A DNA stretch of 55,463 nt from Myxococcota bacterium (GTDB taxonomy: Bacteria > Myxococcota > XYA12-FULL-58-9 > JALHOP01), in the NCBI GenBank assembly GCA_039809465.1, contig JBDHVB010000003.1, positions 1 through 55,463 on the forward strand, read 5' to 3'. The notes under the pieces are model-generated. The model saw only the letters and a program-made list of their open reading frames with translations, made no database searches and was not told the DNA's origin. Position numbers and translations under genes: made by a program. Positions 28,220 to 37,905 of this stretch are shown here, piece by piece (within the stretch, counting starts at the first letter, position 1; each line of letters starts with the position of its first letter).

Positions 28220-30433
28220 ATGATGATACCCTCGTACCTTTCTCGTCTCGTCATTCCCCTCACAACCTTGACCGCTTCGGCTTTGGTGACCTCGATAGCG
28301 TTGCCGGCAGCCGCGGAGGAGCAATCGGCGGCCGCGCAGAGCGAGAGCTCCGGACAAATCGAAGGCGCGATCACGCTCGACACCGAGCTGCTGCTGAACG
28401 CGCCGGTCATCACCGCCACGGGGCGTGAGCAATCGCGCGCGCTGGCGCCGGCGAACGTCGTCACCTGGGAGTCGGACGAGCTCCGCCGCCACGGCTGGAC
28501 GACGCTCGCGCAAGTCCTCGCCAACACGCCCGGCTTGTACGTCATCGACGACATGGTCATCCCGTCGCTCGGCGTGCGCGGCGTCGGCGCCGGTCTTCGT
28601 GGTGGTACGCGCCTCGTGCGCATCATGATCAACGGCGTGCAGGTCAACTTCCGCCCCGACCTCACCGCGTTCCTCGGCTCCGAGTACATTCCCTTCTCGG
28701 TCGTCGAGCGCATCGAGATCGCCAAGGGCCCGCTGTCGGCGCTCTACGGCGCCAACGCCTTCCTCGCGACGGTCAACATCATCACCAAGAAGCCGGTGAA
28801 CGGCCTCGCCGGTCAGCTCGGCGGCAACGCGCAGATCGTCAACGGCAACGCGGGCCTCGGCTTCAACGGTGAGGCTGGCTTCGGCAACGAGATGTTCTCC
28901 GCGATGGCGGCCTACAGCAACAACACCATCGACCGCAGCGGCTTGGTGCTGCACCGCACCTTCGAGAACCAAGATCCGACGGGCGCGAACTACGCTGGGT
29001 TCTTCGATCAGAAGAGCCAGAACGACAAGACGAAGCCGCAGTCGCTCTACGCGCTGCTCGAAGGCCGCTTCGGCAAGGCCGGCATCCTGCAGCTGCAGGG
29101 CGGCCGTCAGGCGCTCGACGCGGTCGCCGAGTTCCAGCCCAACTCGGTGCTCACCCACGCGAGCCGTCAGAAGCTCGCCAACAACTGGGGCAGCGCCTCG
29201 TACATCTACGGTTACGGCGAGTCGATGACCTTGTCGGTCACCGGCGGCTTCTCGAGCGGCGGCCCGGGCGACGGCGACCGCTTGTTCGTCAGCAGCGACC
29301 CGCGCTTCAGCTACACGCGCAACGGTCTCAGCTACAACGCCTTCGACGTCGGCGCGGCGGGCGAGTTCAGCTTACCGGCGCACCTCGAGCTCAAGGTCGG
29401 TGGCGACTACACCTCCGAGTCGCACGACGTGCTCTTCTACACGCAGCGCTACGAGCAGCGTATCGGTACCATCAGCCCTGGCTTCGAGAACGAGCGTGGT
29501 GTCGCCCAGTCGCGTGACCTCACCAACCTCGGCATCTACGCGCAGCTCGGTGGTAACCCCATCGACGCGCTGCCCGACCTCTACGTCCTCGGTAACATCC
29601 GCTATGACGACCCGAACTTGTTCGACCAGCAGCTCAGCTGGCGCACCGGTCTCGCGTATCAGTGGAGCGACCGCGTCACCACCAAGCTGTTCTTTGGCCG
29701 CGCCTTCCAGGTGCCGTCGGCGGTGCAGCTCTTCGCGCAGCCCGGCTTCGGCTCGTCGTTCAACGTCATCGGTAACCGCGCGCTCGTCGGTCAGCCGGCG
29801 CTCAACCCGCAGTCGGTCATCTCGGCGGAGCTCGCGACCACCATCGCGGTCTCGACGACGCTCGCCATCGACAGCGCGCTCTACTACCAGCAGATCCGCA
29901 ACAAGATCGAGTTCGTCCAGCTCTCGAACAACTTCACGCCGCGCAACCTCTCGGACCAGGACTTCGTCGGTGGCGAGCTCGGTCTGCGTGGCAGCTCGAG
30001 CCGCTTTGGCGGTTACGCCTATGGCAGCGTGCAGCTCACCAAGAACGAGAACGAGCGTGAGTCGGGCGGCGGCTTCGGCTTCAAGGCGCCGGCCGAGTTC
30101 CCGCTCGCGACCTTGTTCGGCGGCGCGACCGTGCGCCTCCCCGAGGCTTACATGGCGGTGGACCTCACCGGGCGCATCGTCGGCCCGCGTGGCGCGTCGC
30201 AGAGCAACTACCTGCTCAACAACCGCACCAACTACAACTTGCGCTCGTACGCGACCTTCGATCTGACGCTGACGTCACTCGACCTCACGCCCTTCGGCGA
30301 AGGCTACGAGACCCGCATCACCGCCAGCGCCCGCAACTTGCTGGGCGTACGTTATAGCGAGCCGAGCCACGGTGGCTTCGACTTGCCGACGGTTGGCCGC
30401 ACGTTCTTCTTCTCGTTGGCTCAGACCTTCTGA
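28220..30433 (+). CDS. TonB-dependent receptor
   Basis: Signal peptide, plug motifs (VITATGREQ..APANV, ERIEIAKGPLSALYGANA), C-terminal RNLL..Y..GRTFFFSLAQTF. Confidence 0.93.
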   Translation: MMIPSYLSRLVIPLTTLTASALVTSIALPAAAEEQSAAAQSESSGQIEGAITLDTELLLNAPVITATGREQSRALAPANVVTWESDELRRHGWTTLAQVLANTPGLYVIDDMVIPSLGVRGVGAGLRGGTRLVRIMINGVQVNFRPDLTAFLGSEYIPFSVVERIEIAKGPLSALYGANAFLATVNIITKKPVNGLAGQLGGNAQIVNGNAGLGFNGEAGFGNEMFSAMAAYSNNTIDRSGLVLHRTFENQDPTGANYAGFFDQKSQNDKTKPQSLYALLEGRFGKAGILQLQGGRQALDAVAEFQPNSVLTHASRQKLANNWGSASYIYGYGESMTLSVTGGFSSGGPGDGDRLFVSSDPRFSYTRNGLSYNAFDVGAAGEFSLPAHLELKVGGDYTSESHDVLFYTQRYEQRIGTISPGFENERGVAQSRDLTNLGIYAQLGGNPIDALPDLYVLGNIRYDDPNLFDQQLSWRTGLAYQWSDRVTTKLFFGRAFQVPSAVQLFAQPGFGSSFNVIGNRALVGQPALNPQSVISAELATTIAVSTTLAIDSALYYQQIRNKIEFVQLSNNFTPRNLSDQDFVGGELGLRGSSSRFGGYAYGSVQLTKNENERESGGGFGFKAPAEFPLATLFGGATVRLPEAYMAVDLTGRIVGPRGASQSNYLLNNRTNYNLRSYATFDLTLTSLDLTPFGEGYETRITASARNLLGVRYSEPSHGGFDLPTVGRTFFFSLAQTF

Positions 30434-30446
30434 GCGAGGTTTCCCC

Positions 30447-31877
30447 ATGCGCATTCGTTCAACACTTTCAATTCTCGCCCTGGCGCTGACCGCCGCGTGC
30501 GGCGACGACGTTCAAGAGGGCCTCGTCATTGGCGCCCTCATCGACCAAACCGGCAGCAACTCCGAGACCTCGTGGGTGCAGGCGGCGCAGCTCGCGGTGC
30601 GGCAGGTGAACGAGGCGCTCGACAGCGAAGGCTCGTCGATGCACTTCGTGCTCCTACCGAGTGATTCGGAGAACAACCCCGTCAAGGCGCAGACCCGCGC
30701 GCTCGATCTCGTGAACGGGCGTGACGCCAAGGCGCTCATGGCCGACACCACGCAGGTCACCGAGGCCGTCGGCCGTCTCATCTACGCCAATCAGATCGAC
30801 GTGGCGGTGCAGTGCTCGAGCTGCGAGAGCCGCGACTTCCTGAATCCCGCCTACGTGAATCCAGGCGACAGTCAGCTGCAGCAGGTCCGCAACGACCCGC
30901 GCGGTACCTTGTTCCGCACCAGCTTGTCGACGGACCCGATGGCTTACGTCGCCTTCGATATCCTGAGGCAGCTCCAGGGGAGCCTCGACCGCAACAACGA
31001 CGGCTTCATCAAGCTCGAGTTCTACGGCAGCGACGAAGCCTACGGTCACGCCGCGGTGGCGTCGCTCGAGGACGCGGCCGCCGTGATGTTCGCGGACTAC
31101 AAGTCGGAGATCTTCGCGGACAACAAGTTTGCCTACGAGCGCGTCTTCCACGCCGCCGATGCGCCGACGCGCGTCAACTACGCGGCGGACCTCACCAACC
31201 TCACCAACACGAACATCACCGATCCGCCGACGCCCGATACGCACAGCCCGGACTGGATCATCATGGCGAGCTACGCCGGCAACGCGGCGTCGTTCCGTGA
31301 GACGTACGTGCAGTTCCAGAACCCCAGCTTCCCGGGCCTTCTGTTCTTCCCGACCTTCCGCCAGAGCAACACGCTCGCGCAGCTGGGCAGCGGCGTGAAC
31401 GCCACGCAGGGCCTGTCGATGCTGGTCACGGCGGACAATGATGCCGGTAGCGTCTTCGCCCAGGACTTTCAGCGCGAGTACGGCTTCGCGCCGCACTTCC
31501 TCGACGCCGCCTACTACGACAACGCGGTGACCCTCATGCTCGCCGCGGTGATCGGTGGTGGCGCGAACGGCACCTCCGACAACGTGTCCGCCGCGGCGAT
31601 CCGCGCGGCGCTCCCGAGCACCAGCGCGGCGGGTGGGGCACGCGCCATTCCTGGCGTCGACGGCTTGCGTACCGCGGTACGGAACATCCGCGCTGGCGCC
31701 GCCATCAACTACGATGGCGCCTCGGGGCCGATGGACTACGACGCGAACGGCAGCGTCAAGAACAAGCTGACCCGGTTCACCGGTGTTGGCGGTGAGTTCA
31801 TCGACACCGGCAGCAAGTACGACTGCATCGCCAACAGCGGTCCGACCTGTGGCGTGCAGCCGTTCGTCGCTCCGTAA
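30447..31877 (+). CDS. Type I periplasmic-binding (Venus-flytrap-like) lipoprotein
   Basis: Lipobox TAAC, IGALIDQTG, DEAYG, YYDNAV, INYDGASGPMDYDANG. Confidence 0.82.
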   Translation: MRIRSTLSILALALTAACGDDVQEGLVIGALIDQTGSNSETSWVQAAQLAVRQVNEALDSEGSSMHFVLLPSDSENNPVKAQTRALDLVNGRDAKALMADTTQVTEAVGRLIYANQIDVAVQCSSCESRDFLNPAYVNPGDSQLQQVRNDPRGTLFRTSLSTDPMAYVAFDILRQLQGSLDRNNDGFIKLEFYGSDEAYGHAAVASLEDAAAVMFADYKSEIFADNKFAYERVFHAADAPTRVNYAADLTNLTNTNITDPPTPDTHSPDWIIMASYAGNAASFRETYVQFQNPSFPGLLFFPTFRQSNTLAQLGSGVNATQGLSMLVTADNDAGSVFAQDFQREYGFAPHFLDAAYYDNAVTLMLAAVIGGGANGTSDNVSAAAIRAALPSTSAAGGARAIPGVDGLRTAVRNIRAGAAINYDGASGPMDYDANGSVKNKLTRFTGVGGEFIDTGSKYDCIANSGPTCGVQPFVAP

Positions 31878-31905
31878 GTCTCGCGAGGGTTTGGGGGGGG
31901 CCCGG

Positions 31906-33945
31906 CTACTTGTTGGCCGCGAGCGCCCCACCTTCCACGTAGGTGAAGGTGCGGGTCCCGGCGAGGATGCGGCGGACGTAGGCGCGCGTCTCTTCGTACG
32001 GGATCTCCTCGACGAAGATGTCGACCGGCAAGTCACCCTGCGCCTGGCGCCAGCGGGTGACGGCGCCAGGGCCGGCGTTGTAGGCCGCCAAAGCGTACTC
32101 GGAGCGGCCACCGAAGGCGCGTAGCATGCGGCCCAGGTACTTCAGGCCAATGCGCATGTTGAGCTCGGGGTCGTAGAGGTCGGTGGTGTCGAGACTGTTG
32201 CGCTTGTCCTCGCGGACGAGCTCGCGGGCGGTGGGGACCATGAGCTGCATGAGCCCCACGGCGCCGACGCCGGAGATGGCCTTGGGGTTGAATGCGCTCT
32301 CCTGACGGATGAGCGCGATGACCAGCGGGAAGTCCATCTTGGTCTCGGCGGTGACGCGGCGGGCGAGCTCGATGATGCGGCTCGGGAAGACGCGGCCCAG
32401 CACCTCGCGGCCATCGGGGCTCTCTGGGAAGCGTGATTGGCGCTGCCAGCGCACGCGCGCGAGCAGCTTGTCGGCGTTCAAGTCACGCAAGGCGCTCTCG
32501 AGCATGCGCAGCTCGTGTGGGCCGAGCTTCGAGAGCTTGGCGTCGATGGAGGGCAGGGCCTTCAGGGCGCGGCGGCTCATGCCGGCCTGCGTGAGCTGAG
32601 CGATGTAGTCGACGCTCTCGTCGATGGCGATGGGGCCGGACGGATAGACCGCGTCGCTGATGTTCGGGTGTTGCGTGAGACGGGCGGCGCGGTGCGCGTA
32701 GTAGTCGAGCGGGAAGGCGGCGACGAGGAACGCGAGCTCGTGGTTGGCGGTCGTGGTGTCGCCGATCTCCTGGGCGGCGCGCGCCCCCCAGTAGAGACTC
32801 TGCGCCGCGAAGGGACCGTACTCGGACTCGGTGAACAGCGTGCGGAAGAACTGCCGGGCCTTGGTGTAATCACCGGTGCGGAAGGCCACCCAGCCCAGCC
32901 CCCAGAGCGCCTGCTCGCGCGCGATGCCGGTGGGGTTGGCGACGAGCTGCGCTTCGAAGCGCTTACGGGCCTCGGGGTAGTGCCGGAACTCGATCGCGGT
33001 CTGGCCGGCGAGGGCTAAGGCCTCGTGCGCCAGGTGATCGTCCGCGTTGGCGGCCACGCTGTCGAAGTGGCGCATGGCGGCGTTGTAGTTGCCGCGGCGG
33101 CGCTCGGCCTCGCCCAGGCTGCGCGCGATCTGCCGCTTCAGCGGAGCGTAGCGTGTCATGCCGTACGCGGCGCTCAGGATACGTGCTGCTTCGTCGTGGG
33201 ATTCGCGGCGCAAGAGGCGCACACCACGGGCGTGACGCGCCTCGGCGGCGAGCATGCTGCCGCGCGGCGCCTTGGCGACGAGCCCGCCGATGAGCGTGTC
33301 GATGTCGGTCTGGGCGCGGGTGATGCGGTGGGTCGCTTGTGGCATGAGGCGCTCGATGACCGCGCGCTCGGCGCCACGGTAGGGACCCCCGGAGCCCGGT
33401 GGGACCGCCGCCAGCTCGCGCAAGGCATAGAGGCCCCAGATGCCGTCGCACTCACCCCACCACAAGCGGCGCAAGTCCGCGATAGCGGCGGCGTCACGGC
33501 CGGTCGCGAGGCTCGCCGCGCCGCGCAGGTAAAGGAGCTCGGGCTTCTCGATGCGGCCGATGTTGTCGTCGTCGTTCTGGTCCGCGTCGCCCAGCACGCC
33601 CAGGAGCTCGGCGTTGCGGCCAGCTTGGTGCAGCGCCCACGCCTGCAAGGTGCGGGCGGCGCTCGCATGTGGGCCCTCGGGGGCGAGGGTCGCGAGCAGG
33701 TCGGCGGCCGCGTCGGCGCGGCCCAAGTCGAGCAGGCCTTCGGCGCGGGCCAAGGTGCGCAGGCTCTCGTCGTCGTCACGCGGCGGCTTTTGCGGCTCGC
33801 CCTTGGGTTGGGTTTGTTTTGGCGGAGTGACGGCCGGCGACTGGGCGGACGACGGCCTGAACGGCACGAATACGCCGAGTAACCCGCCGATGAGCACCAT
33901 CGTCTTGATGGGCGGGGGAGCCTTTGGTGACCGAGCTTCCGTCAC
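31906..33945 (-). CDS. Soluble lytic transglycosylase (SLT domain) with TPR repeats
   Basis: IRQESAF, GAVGLMQLM, ALAAYNAGPG, EEIPYEETRAYV. The GTG start is supported by an upstream extended -10. Confidence 0.92.
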   Translation of the reverse strand: MTEARSPKAPPPIKTMVLIGGLLGVFVPFRPSSAQSPAVTPPKQTQPKGEPQKPPRDDDESLRTLARAEGLLDLGRADAAADLLATLAPEGPHASAARTLQAWALHQAGRNAELLGVLGDADQNDDDNIGRIEKPELLYLRGAASLATGRDAAAIADLRRLWWGECDGIWGLYALRELAAVPPGSGGPYRGAERAVIERLMPQATHRITRAQTDIDTLIGGLVAKAPRGSMLAAEARHARGVRLLRRESHDEAARILSAAYGMTRYAPLKRQIARSLGEAERRRGNYNAAMRHFDSVAANADDHLAHEALALAGQTAIEFRHYPEARKRFEAQLVANPTGIAREQALWGLGWVAFRTGDYTKARQFFRTLFTESEYGPFAAQSLYWGARAAQEIGDTTTANHELAFLVAAFPLDYYAHRAARLTQHPNISDAVYPSGPIAIDESVDYIAQLTQAGMSRRALKALPSIDAKLSKLGPHELRMLESALRDLNADKLLARVRWQRQSRFPESPDGREVLGRVFPSRIIELARRVTAETKMDFPLVIALIRQESAFNPKAISGVGAVGLMQLMVPTARELVREDKRNSLDTTDLYDPELNMRIGLKYLGRMLRAFGGRSEYALAAYNAGPGAVTRWRQAQGDLPVDIFVEEIPYEETRAYVRRILAGTRTFTYVEGGALAANK

Positions 33946-34280
33946 ACCGCGATCGTAGCAAGGGGACCCCGGCCCTCCCAAAAAACACACAAAGACTTGC
34001 ATGAAATTTTTGGCAGGTGGGCATGCGTGCCACCATCACCCACATGATTGACGTCGCGGTCTTGGATGTACCTCGCGCTCGCTTGTGGACGGCGATTGGG
34101 CTCACAGCAATCGTCGTCGCGCTCAATGTCTTTCTGGCAGTGACCTGAGAGACATGCGTCAACGTGGCGTCGGGCTTGGTGTTCCAAAACCCCAGCTTGA
34201 CGCACGGTAGACCTCGGGTTAGACCCGGGAAGCTGCGAAGTTTGATGTTTCCCTTCCGCGACAGACGGAGCCAACGGTTC

Positions 34281-34472
34281 ATGTCTCGTACCGATAAGCG
34301 CAAGCAGAGCCTTTATTTCCCAGAAGACATGCTGAAAGAGATTCAGATCGAAGCGAACCGGCAAGACCGCTCGCTTTCGTGGATCGTTCAGCAGGCTTGG
34401 CGCATTGCGCGCAACGAAATCATGCGTTTCCCGTCGGTCAATGATCACACCGACGGTGAGCGCAGCGAGTAA
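34281..34472 (+). CDS. MXAN_4361/MXAN_4362-family (TIGR04563) small protein
   Basis: TDKRKQSLYFPEDML.EI..EA.RQDRSLSWIVQQAWRIAR. SD GGAG. Confidence 0.92.
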   Translation: MSRTDKRKQSLYFPEDMLKEIQIEANRQDRSLSWIVQQAWRIARNEIMRFPSVNDHTDGERSE

Positions 34473-34547
34473 CCATCGACCACCAGCGTTGACGGCAGGG
34501 TCCTGACGGGGCTCCGCTTCAGCGTGTTCTCATGGGGAGTGATTCCA

Positions 34548-34760
34548 ATGGCCCAGGGCGAAACGCGACGTCAGAATCTTTATTTCCCTTCCGACATGCT
34601 CAGCGAGCTGCAGAAGGAATCGACCCGTCAGGACCGGTCGATCTCCTGGCTCATCCAGCAGGCCTGGAAGATCGCCCGCGCCGAATTGAAGCGCGTCCCT
34701 TCGACGACTGACTACTTGCCGTCCGACAACGCCGACGGCCAAGGCGAAGCCGAGCGCTGA
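34548..34760 (+). CDS. Second TIGR04563-family small protein (paralog)
   Basis: RRQNLYFPSDML..RQDRSISWLIQQAWKIAR. SD GGGGAG. Confidence 0.88.
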   Translation: MAQGETRRQNLYFPSDMLSELQKESTRQDRSISWLIQQAWKIARAELKRVPSTTDYLPSDNADGQGEAER

Positions 34761-34853
34761 AAGTCCGCTACAGCGGGCGTGACGCCATGATCTCTTCGCG
34801 TCACGCACCGCTTGTTTCAGCGGCGCAGAGTGGGCTATAGCGCTGCTCAACGC

Positions 34854-35480
34854 ATGAGCGTCTCACTCCGCACCCATATCTTCCTCGACGCGCTCCAGCC
34901 GCAGCTCACGGGTCACATCTGCTCGACCTGCCGAGGCTTCTGGCCGGTGCCGTACGAGGCTTGTTTGTTCGTCGAGGTCGCGCCGGGCATGGCGATTCAC
35001 CGCCTGCTCGACCGTGCCTTGAAGACCACCCAGGTCCACCCGGCGACCATCGTCGTCGAGCGCGCCTACGGCATGGTGATGCTGCACGCCGAAGACAAAG
35101 GCCAAGTGCAGCTCGCTGGCCAGGCGATCCTCGATGACCTCGGCGTCAAGGAGACCGACCGCGTGAAGCCGAAGATCGTGACCAACACGATCATCCGCTC
35201 CATCGAGCCCGACCACGCGCAGGTCATCAACAAGCTGCGCTTCGGCTCGATGATCAACCCCGGCGAATCGCTCCTCATCATGGAGACGGTGCCCGCGGCC
35301 TACATCGCCTTCGCGGCCAACGAAGCCGAGAAGGCCGCCAACGTGCAGCTGCTCGAGTGCACCAGCTTCGGCGCCTTCGGCCGTCTGTACATGGGCGGCA
35401 CCGAGGCAGAGATCGACGAAGCGGCGAAGGCGGCGAGCGCCGCCATCGCGACCATCACCGGCAAAGAACCGAAAGAATAA
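34854..35480 (+). CDS. BMC-T shell protein (CcmP/CsoS1D-like double-stacking trimer)
   Basis: LRTHIFLDALQPQL, EVAPG, VERAYG, AANEAEKAANV, FGAFGRLY. Resembles Haliangium BMC-T2/T3 as recalled. Confidence 0.92.
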   Translation: MSVSLRTHIFLDALQPQLTGHICSTCRGFWPVPYEACLFVEVAPGMAIHRLLDRALKTTQVHPATIVVERAYGMVMLHAEDKGQVQLAGQAILDDLGVKETDRVKPKIVTNTIIRSIEPDHAQVINKLRFGSMINPGESLLIMETVPAAYIAFAANEAEKAANVQLLECTSFGAFGRLYMGGTEAEIDEAAKAASAAIATITGKEPKE

Positions 35481-35514
35481 TTCGCTCCGCTAACGCGGAC
35501 ATGAGGTAGAGACA

Positions 35515-35820
35515 ATGGCAGAAGCGTTGGGCATGATCGAAACCAAGGGATTCACGGCGATGGTCGAGGCCGCCGACGCCATGGTGAAGGCGGCGCGCGT
35601 CGAGCTCGTGGGTTACGAGCGCATCGGCGGCGGTTACGTGACCGCCATCGTGCGCGGTGACGTCGCGGCCGTCAAAGCGGCCACCGACGCCGGCGCCCGC
35701 GCCGCGGAGCGCGTCGGCGAGATGGTCAGCGTGCACGTCATCCCGCGTCCGCACGTCAACATCGACGAAGTCCTGCCGCTCGGCCGTAAGGGCAGCGAAG
35801 GCACCGGCGGCAAGAAGTAA
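35515..35820 (+). CDS. BMC-H hexameric shell protein
   Basis: [42 protein letters not shown]. Confidence 0.96.
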   Translation: MAEALGMIETKGFTAMVEAADAMVKAARVELVGYERIGGGYVTAIVRGDVAAVKAATDAGARAAERVGEMVSVHVIPRPHVNIDEVLPLGRKGSEGTGGKK

Positions 35821-35825
35821 CAGCC

Positions 35826-36152
35826 ATGCTCATCGCGCGCGTCATCGGTACCGTCGTCGCCAGCCGTAAGGAGGCCGAGCTCGAGGGCTTGAAGCTCCTC
35901 TTGCTGCAAGGCGCCGATCCCGACGGCCGCGCCAAGGGCTCGCACATCGTCGCCGCCGACGCCGTTGGCGCGGGTCTCGGCGACGTGGTGCTCTACTGCT
36001 CCGGCAGCTCGGCCCGGCAAACGGCGGTCACCAAGGACCGCCCGGTCGACGCCGTGGTCATGGCCATCGTCGACATGATCAGCGTCGAAGGCGCCGACAA
36101 GCCGATGGGTGACAAGCGCGGCATCGCCTACCACAAAGGTCATGACGGCTGA
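35826..36152 (+). CDS. BMC-P pentameric vertex protein (EutN/CcmL family)
   Basis: [34 protein letters not shown]. Confidence 0.95.
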   Translation: MLIARVIGTVVASRKEAELEGLKLLLLQGADPDGRAKGSHIVAADAVGAGLGDVVLYCSGSSARQTAVTKDRPVDAVVMAIVDMISVEGADKPMGDKRGIAYHKGHDG

Positions 36153-37687
36153 TGCCGTACATCAGTGAAGAGAAGCTCTCGGAGCTGGTCGAAAAAGTCG
36201 TCGAGCGCCTCGCGAACGAAGGCGGCCGCGAGACGCAGCTGCGCAAGACGCCCGCGAGCGTCAATCCGCCGTTCGGCTGTGACCCGCTGAAGCGGGGCGA
36301 GCGCACGCAGAGCGAGCAGGGCGCCGCGCGTGTCGGTGGCATGCAGGGCGCGGCGTCTGGTAGCGGCGCGCGCGGTGGCTTGGGCCGCGGCGTGTTCAGC
36401 GACCTCGACAGCGCCGTCAGCTCGGCACAGCGCGCCTTCCAGTCGTACCAGGGCATGGGCTTGAAGGGCCGCTTCGCCGTCATCGCGGCCATGCGCGAGC
36501 GGGCTCACCGTGAGGTCGAGAACATCTCGCGTATGGCGGTCGAGGAGACCGGCCTCGGCCGCTACGACCAGAAGCTCATCAAGAACCGCCTGGTCATCGA
36601 CAAGACGCCCGGTCCCGAGATCTTGGACCCCTGGGCCCAGACCGGTGACGACGGCTTGATGATCGAGGAGTACGCGCCCTTCGGCATCATCGGCGCCATC
36701 GCTCCCACCACGAACCCGACCGAGACCGTCATCTGCAACGCCATCGGCATGCTCGCCGCCGGCAACGCGGTCATCTTCAACGCGCATCCGTCCGCTAAAA
36801 AGGTCAGCGCCTACACCGTTCAGTTCTTGAACGAAGCCATCGTGAGCGCTGGCGGCCCGGAGAACCTCATCTGCTGCACCGCCGAGCCGACCATCGAGCT
36901 CGCGCAGCAGCTCATGCGCCACCCGGGCATCCGCTTGCTCGTCGTCACTGGCGGCCCTGGCGTCGTCAAGGAGGCCATGAACAGCGGCAAGAAGGTCATC
37001 GCCGCCGGCCCCGGTAATCCGCCGGCGGTGGTCGACGACAGCGCCGACCTCGAACAGGCCGCCGAAGGCCTCGTCAAGGGCATCTCACTCGACAACAACA
37101 TCGTCTGCACCGCGGAGAAGGAGATCATCGCGGTCGCCTCGATCGCCGACGAGCTCAAGCGCGCGATGGCGCGTTACGGCGCTTACGAGGTGAAGGGCGA
37201 CGAGCTCACGCGCCTCGAGAAGCTCATCGTCGTCGATGGCCATCCCAACAAGAAGTTCGTCGGCAAGGACGCCGCGGTCATCTTGAAGGAGATCGGCGTC
37301 AACGCGCCGCAGAACACGCTCATCGCTTACGCCGAGGTGCCGGAGAATCACCCGTTCGTGCAGCTCGAGCTGCTGACGCCGGTGACCGGCTTGGTGCGCG
37401 TGCGCAACGTCGACGACGCCATCGCCATGGCGGTTCGCTGCGAGCACGGTAACGGCCACACGGCCTGCATGTACTCGCGTAACATCGCCGCGCTGCACGC
37501 GATGGCGTGCGTCATCAACACGTCGATCTTCACCAAGAACGCGCCGACCTACGCGGGGCTGGGCCTCGGGGGCGAGGGCTACACCTCGTTCACCATCTCG
37601 AGCCCGACCGGCGAGGGGCTCACCAACGCCCGTCACTTCTCGCGCCGCCGCCGCTGCACCTTGAAGGACTACTTCCGCATCGTCTAA
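36152..37687 (+). CDS. CoA-acylating aldehyde dehydrogenase (EutE/PduP family) with N-terminal encapsulation peptide
   Basis: EETGLGR, PTTNPT, VTGG, AGPGNPP, NNIVCTAEKE (catalytic Cys), GGEGYTSFTI.SPTGEG. Amphipathic helix EEKLSELVEKVVERL. Confidence 0.94.
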   Translation: MPYISEEKLSELVEKVVERLANEGGRETQLRKTPASVNPPFGCDPLKRGERTQSEQGAARVGGMQGAASGSGARGGLGRGVFSDLDSAVSSAQRAFQSYQGMGLKGRFAVIAAMRERAHREVENISRMAVEETGLGRYDQKLIKNRLVIDKTPGPEILDPWAQTGDDGLMIEEYAPFGIIGAIAPTTNPTETVICNAIGMLAAGNAVIFNAHPSAKKVSAYTVQFLNEAIVSAGGPENLICCTAEPTIELAQQLMRHPGIRLLVVTGGPGVVKEAMNSGKKVIAAGPGNPPAVVDDSADLEQAAEGLVKGISLDNNIVCTAEKEIIAVASIADELKRAMARYGAYEVKGDELTRLEKLIVVDGHPNKKFVGKDAAVILKEIGVNAPQNTLIAYAEVPENHPFVQLELLTPVTGLVRVRNVDDAIAMAVRCEHGNGHTACMYSRNIAALHAMACVINTSIFTKNAPTYAGLGLGGEGYTSFTISSPTGEGLTNARHFSRRRRCTLKDYFRIV

Positions 37688-37845
37688 TTCGCAGCGAGCC
37701 CGCCTTCCAACGCGGGGCCCTCCAGGGCGGGCACGGTCACCGGCTTCGGACGCATGGCGTCACGCAGGGCGCGGTAGAGCTCGCGGCTCTTGCCGTGGCT
37801 CTCGAAGCGATAGCGCGGCACGTCGTCCTTGAAGTACGTCTTCAT
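37684..37845 (-). CDS. 53-aa ORF or gene remnant (MKTYFKDDVPRYRFESHGKSRELYRALRDAM...)
   Basis: Hand-translated, with strong C/G third-position bias. The frame is open back to the stop codon of the upstream gene. Confidence 0.4.
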   Translation of the reverse strand: MKTYFKDDVPRYRFESHGKSRELYRALRDAMRPKPVTVPALEGPALEGGLAAN

Positions 37846-37905
37846 GAGCTCGGCGGCGCACTCGGGGCCGGCGGCGGCGTTGCTCTCGTCCCCGGTGTCA
37901 GCTCT

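Noticed and set aside
31893-31900. G8 homopolymer as a phase-variation tract
   Set aside because: It lies between convergent stop codons, so it affects no reading frame or promoter.
34010-34030. Possible sigma54 site TGGCAGGTGGGCATGC
   Set aside because: GG-to-GC spacing is 11 nt rather than 10.
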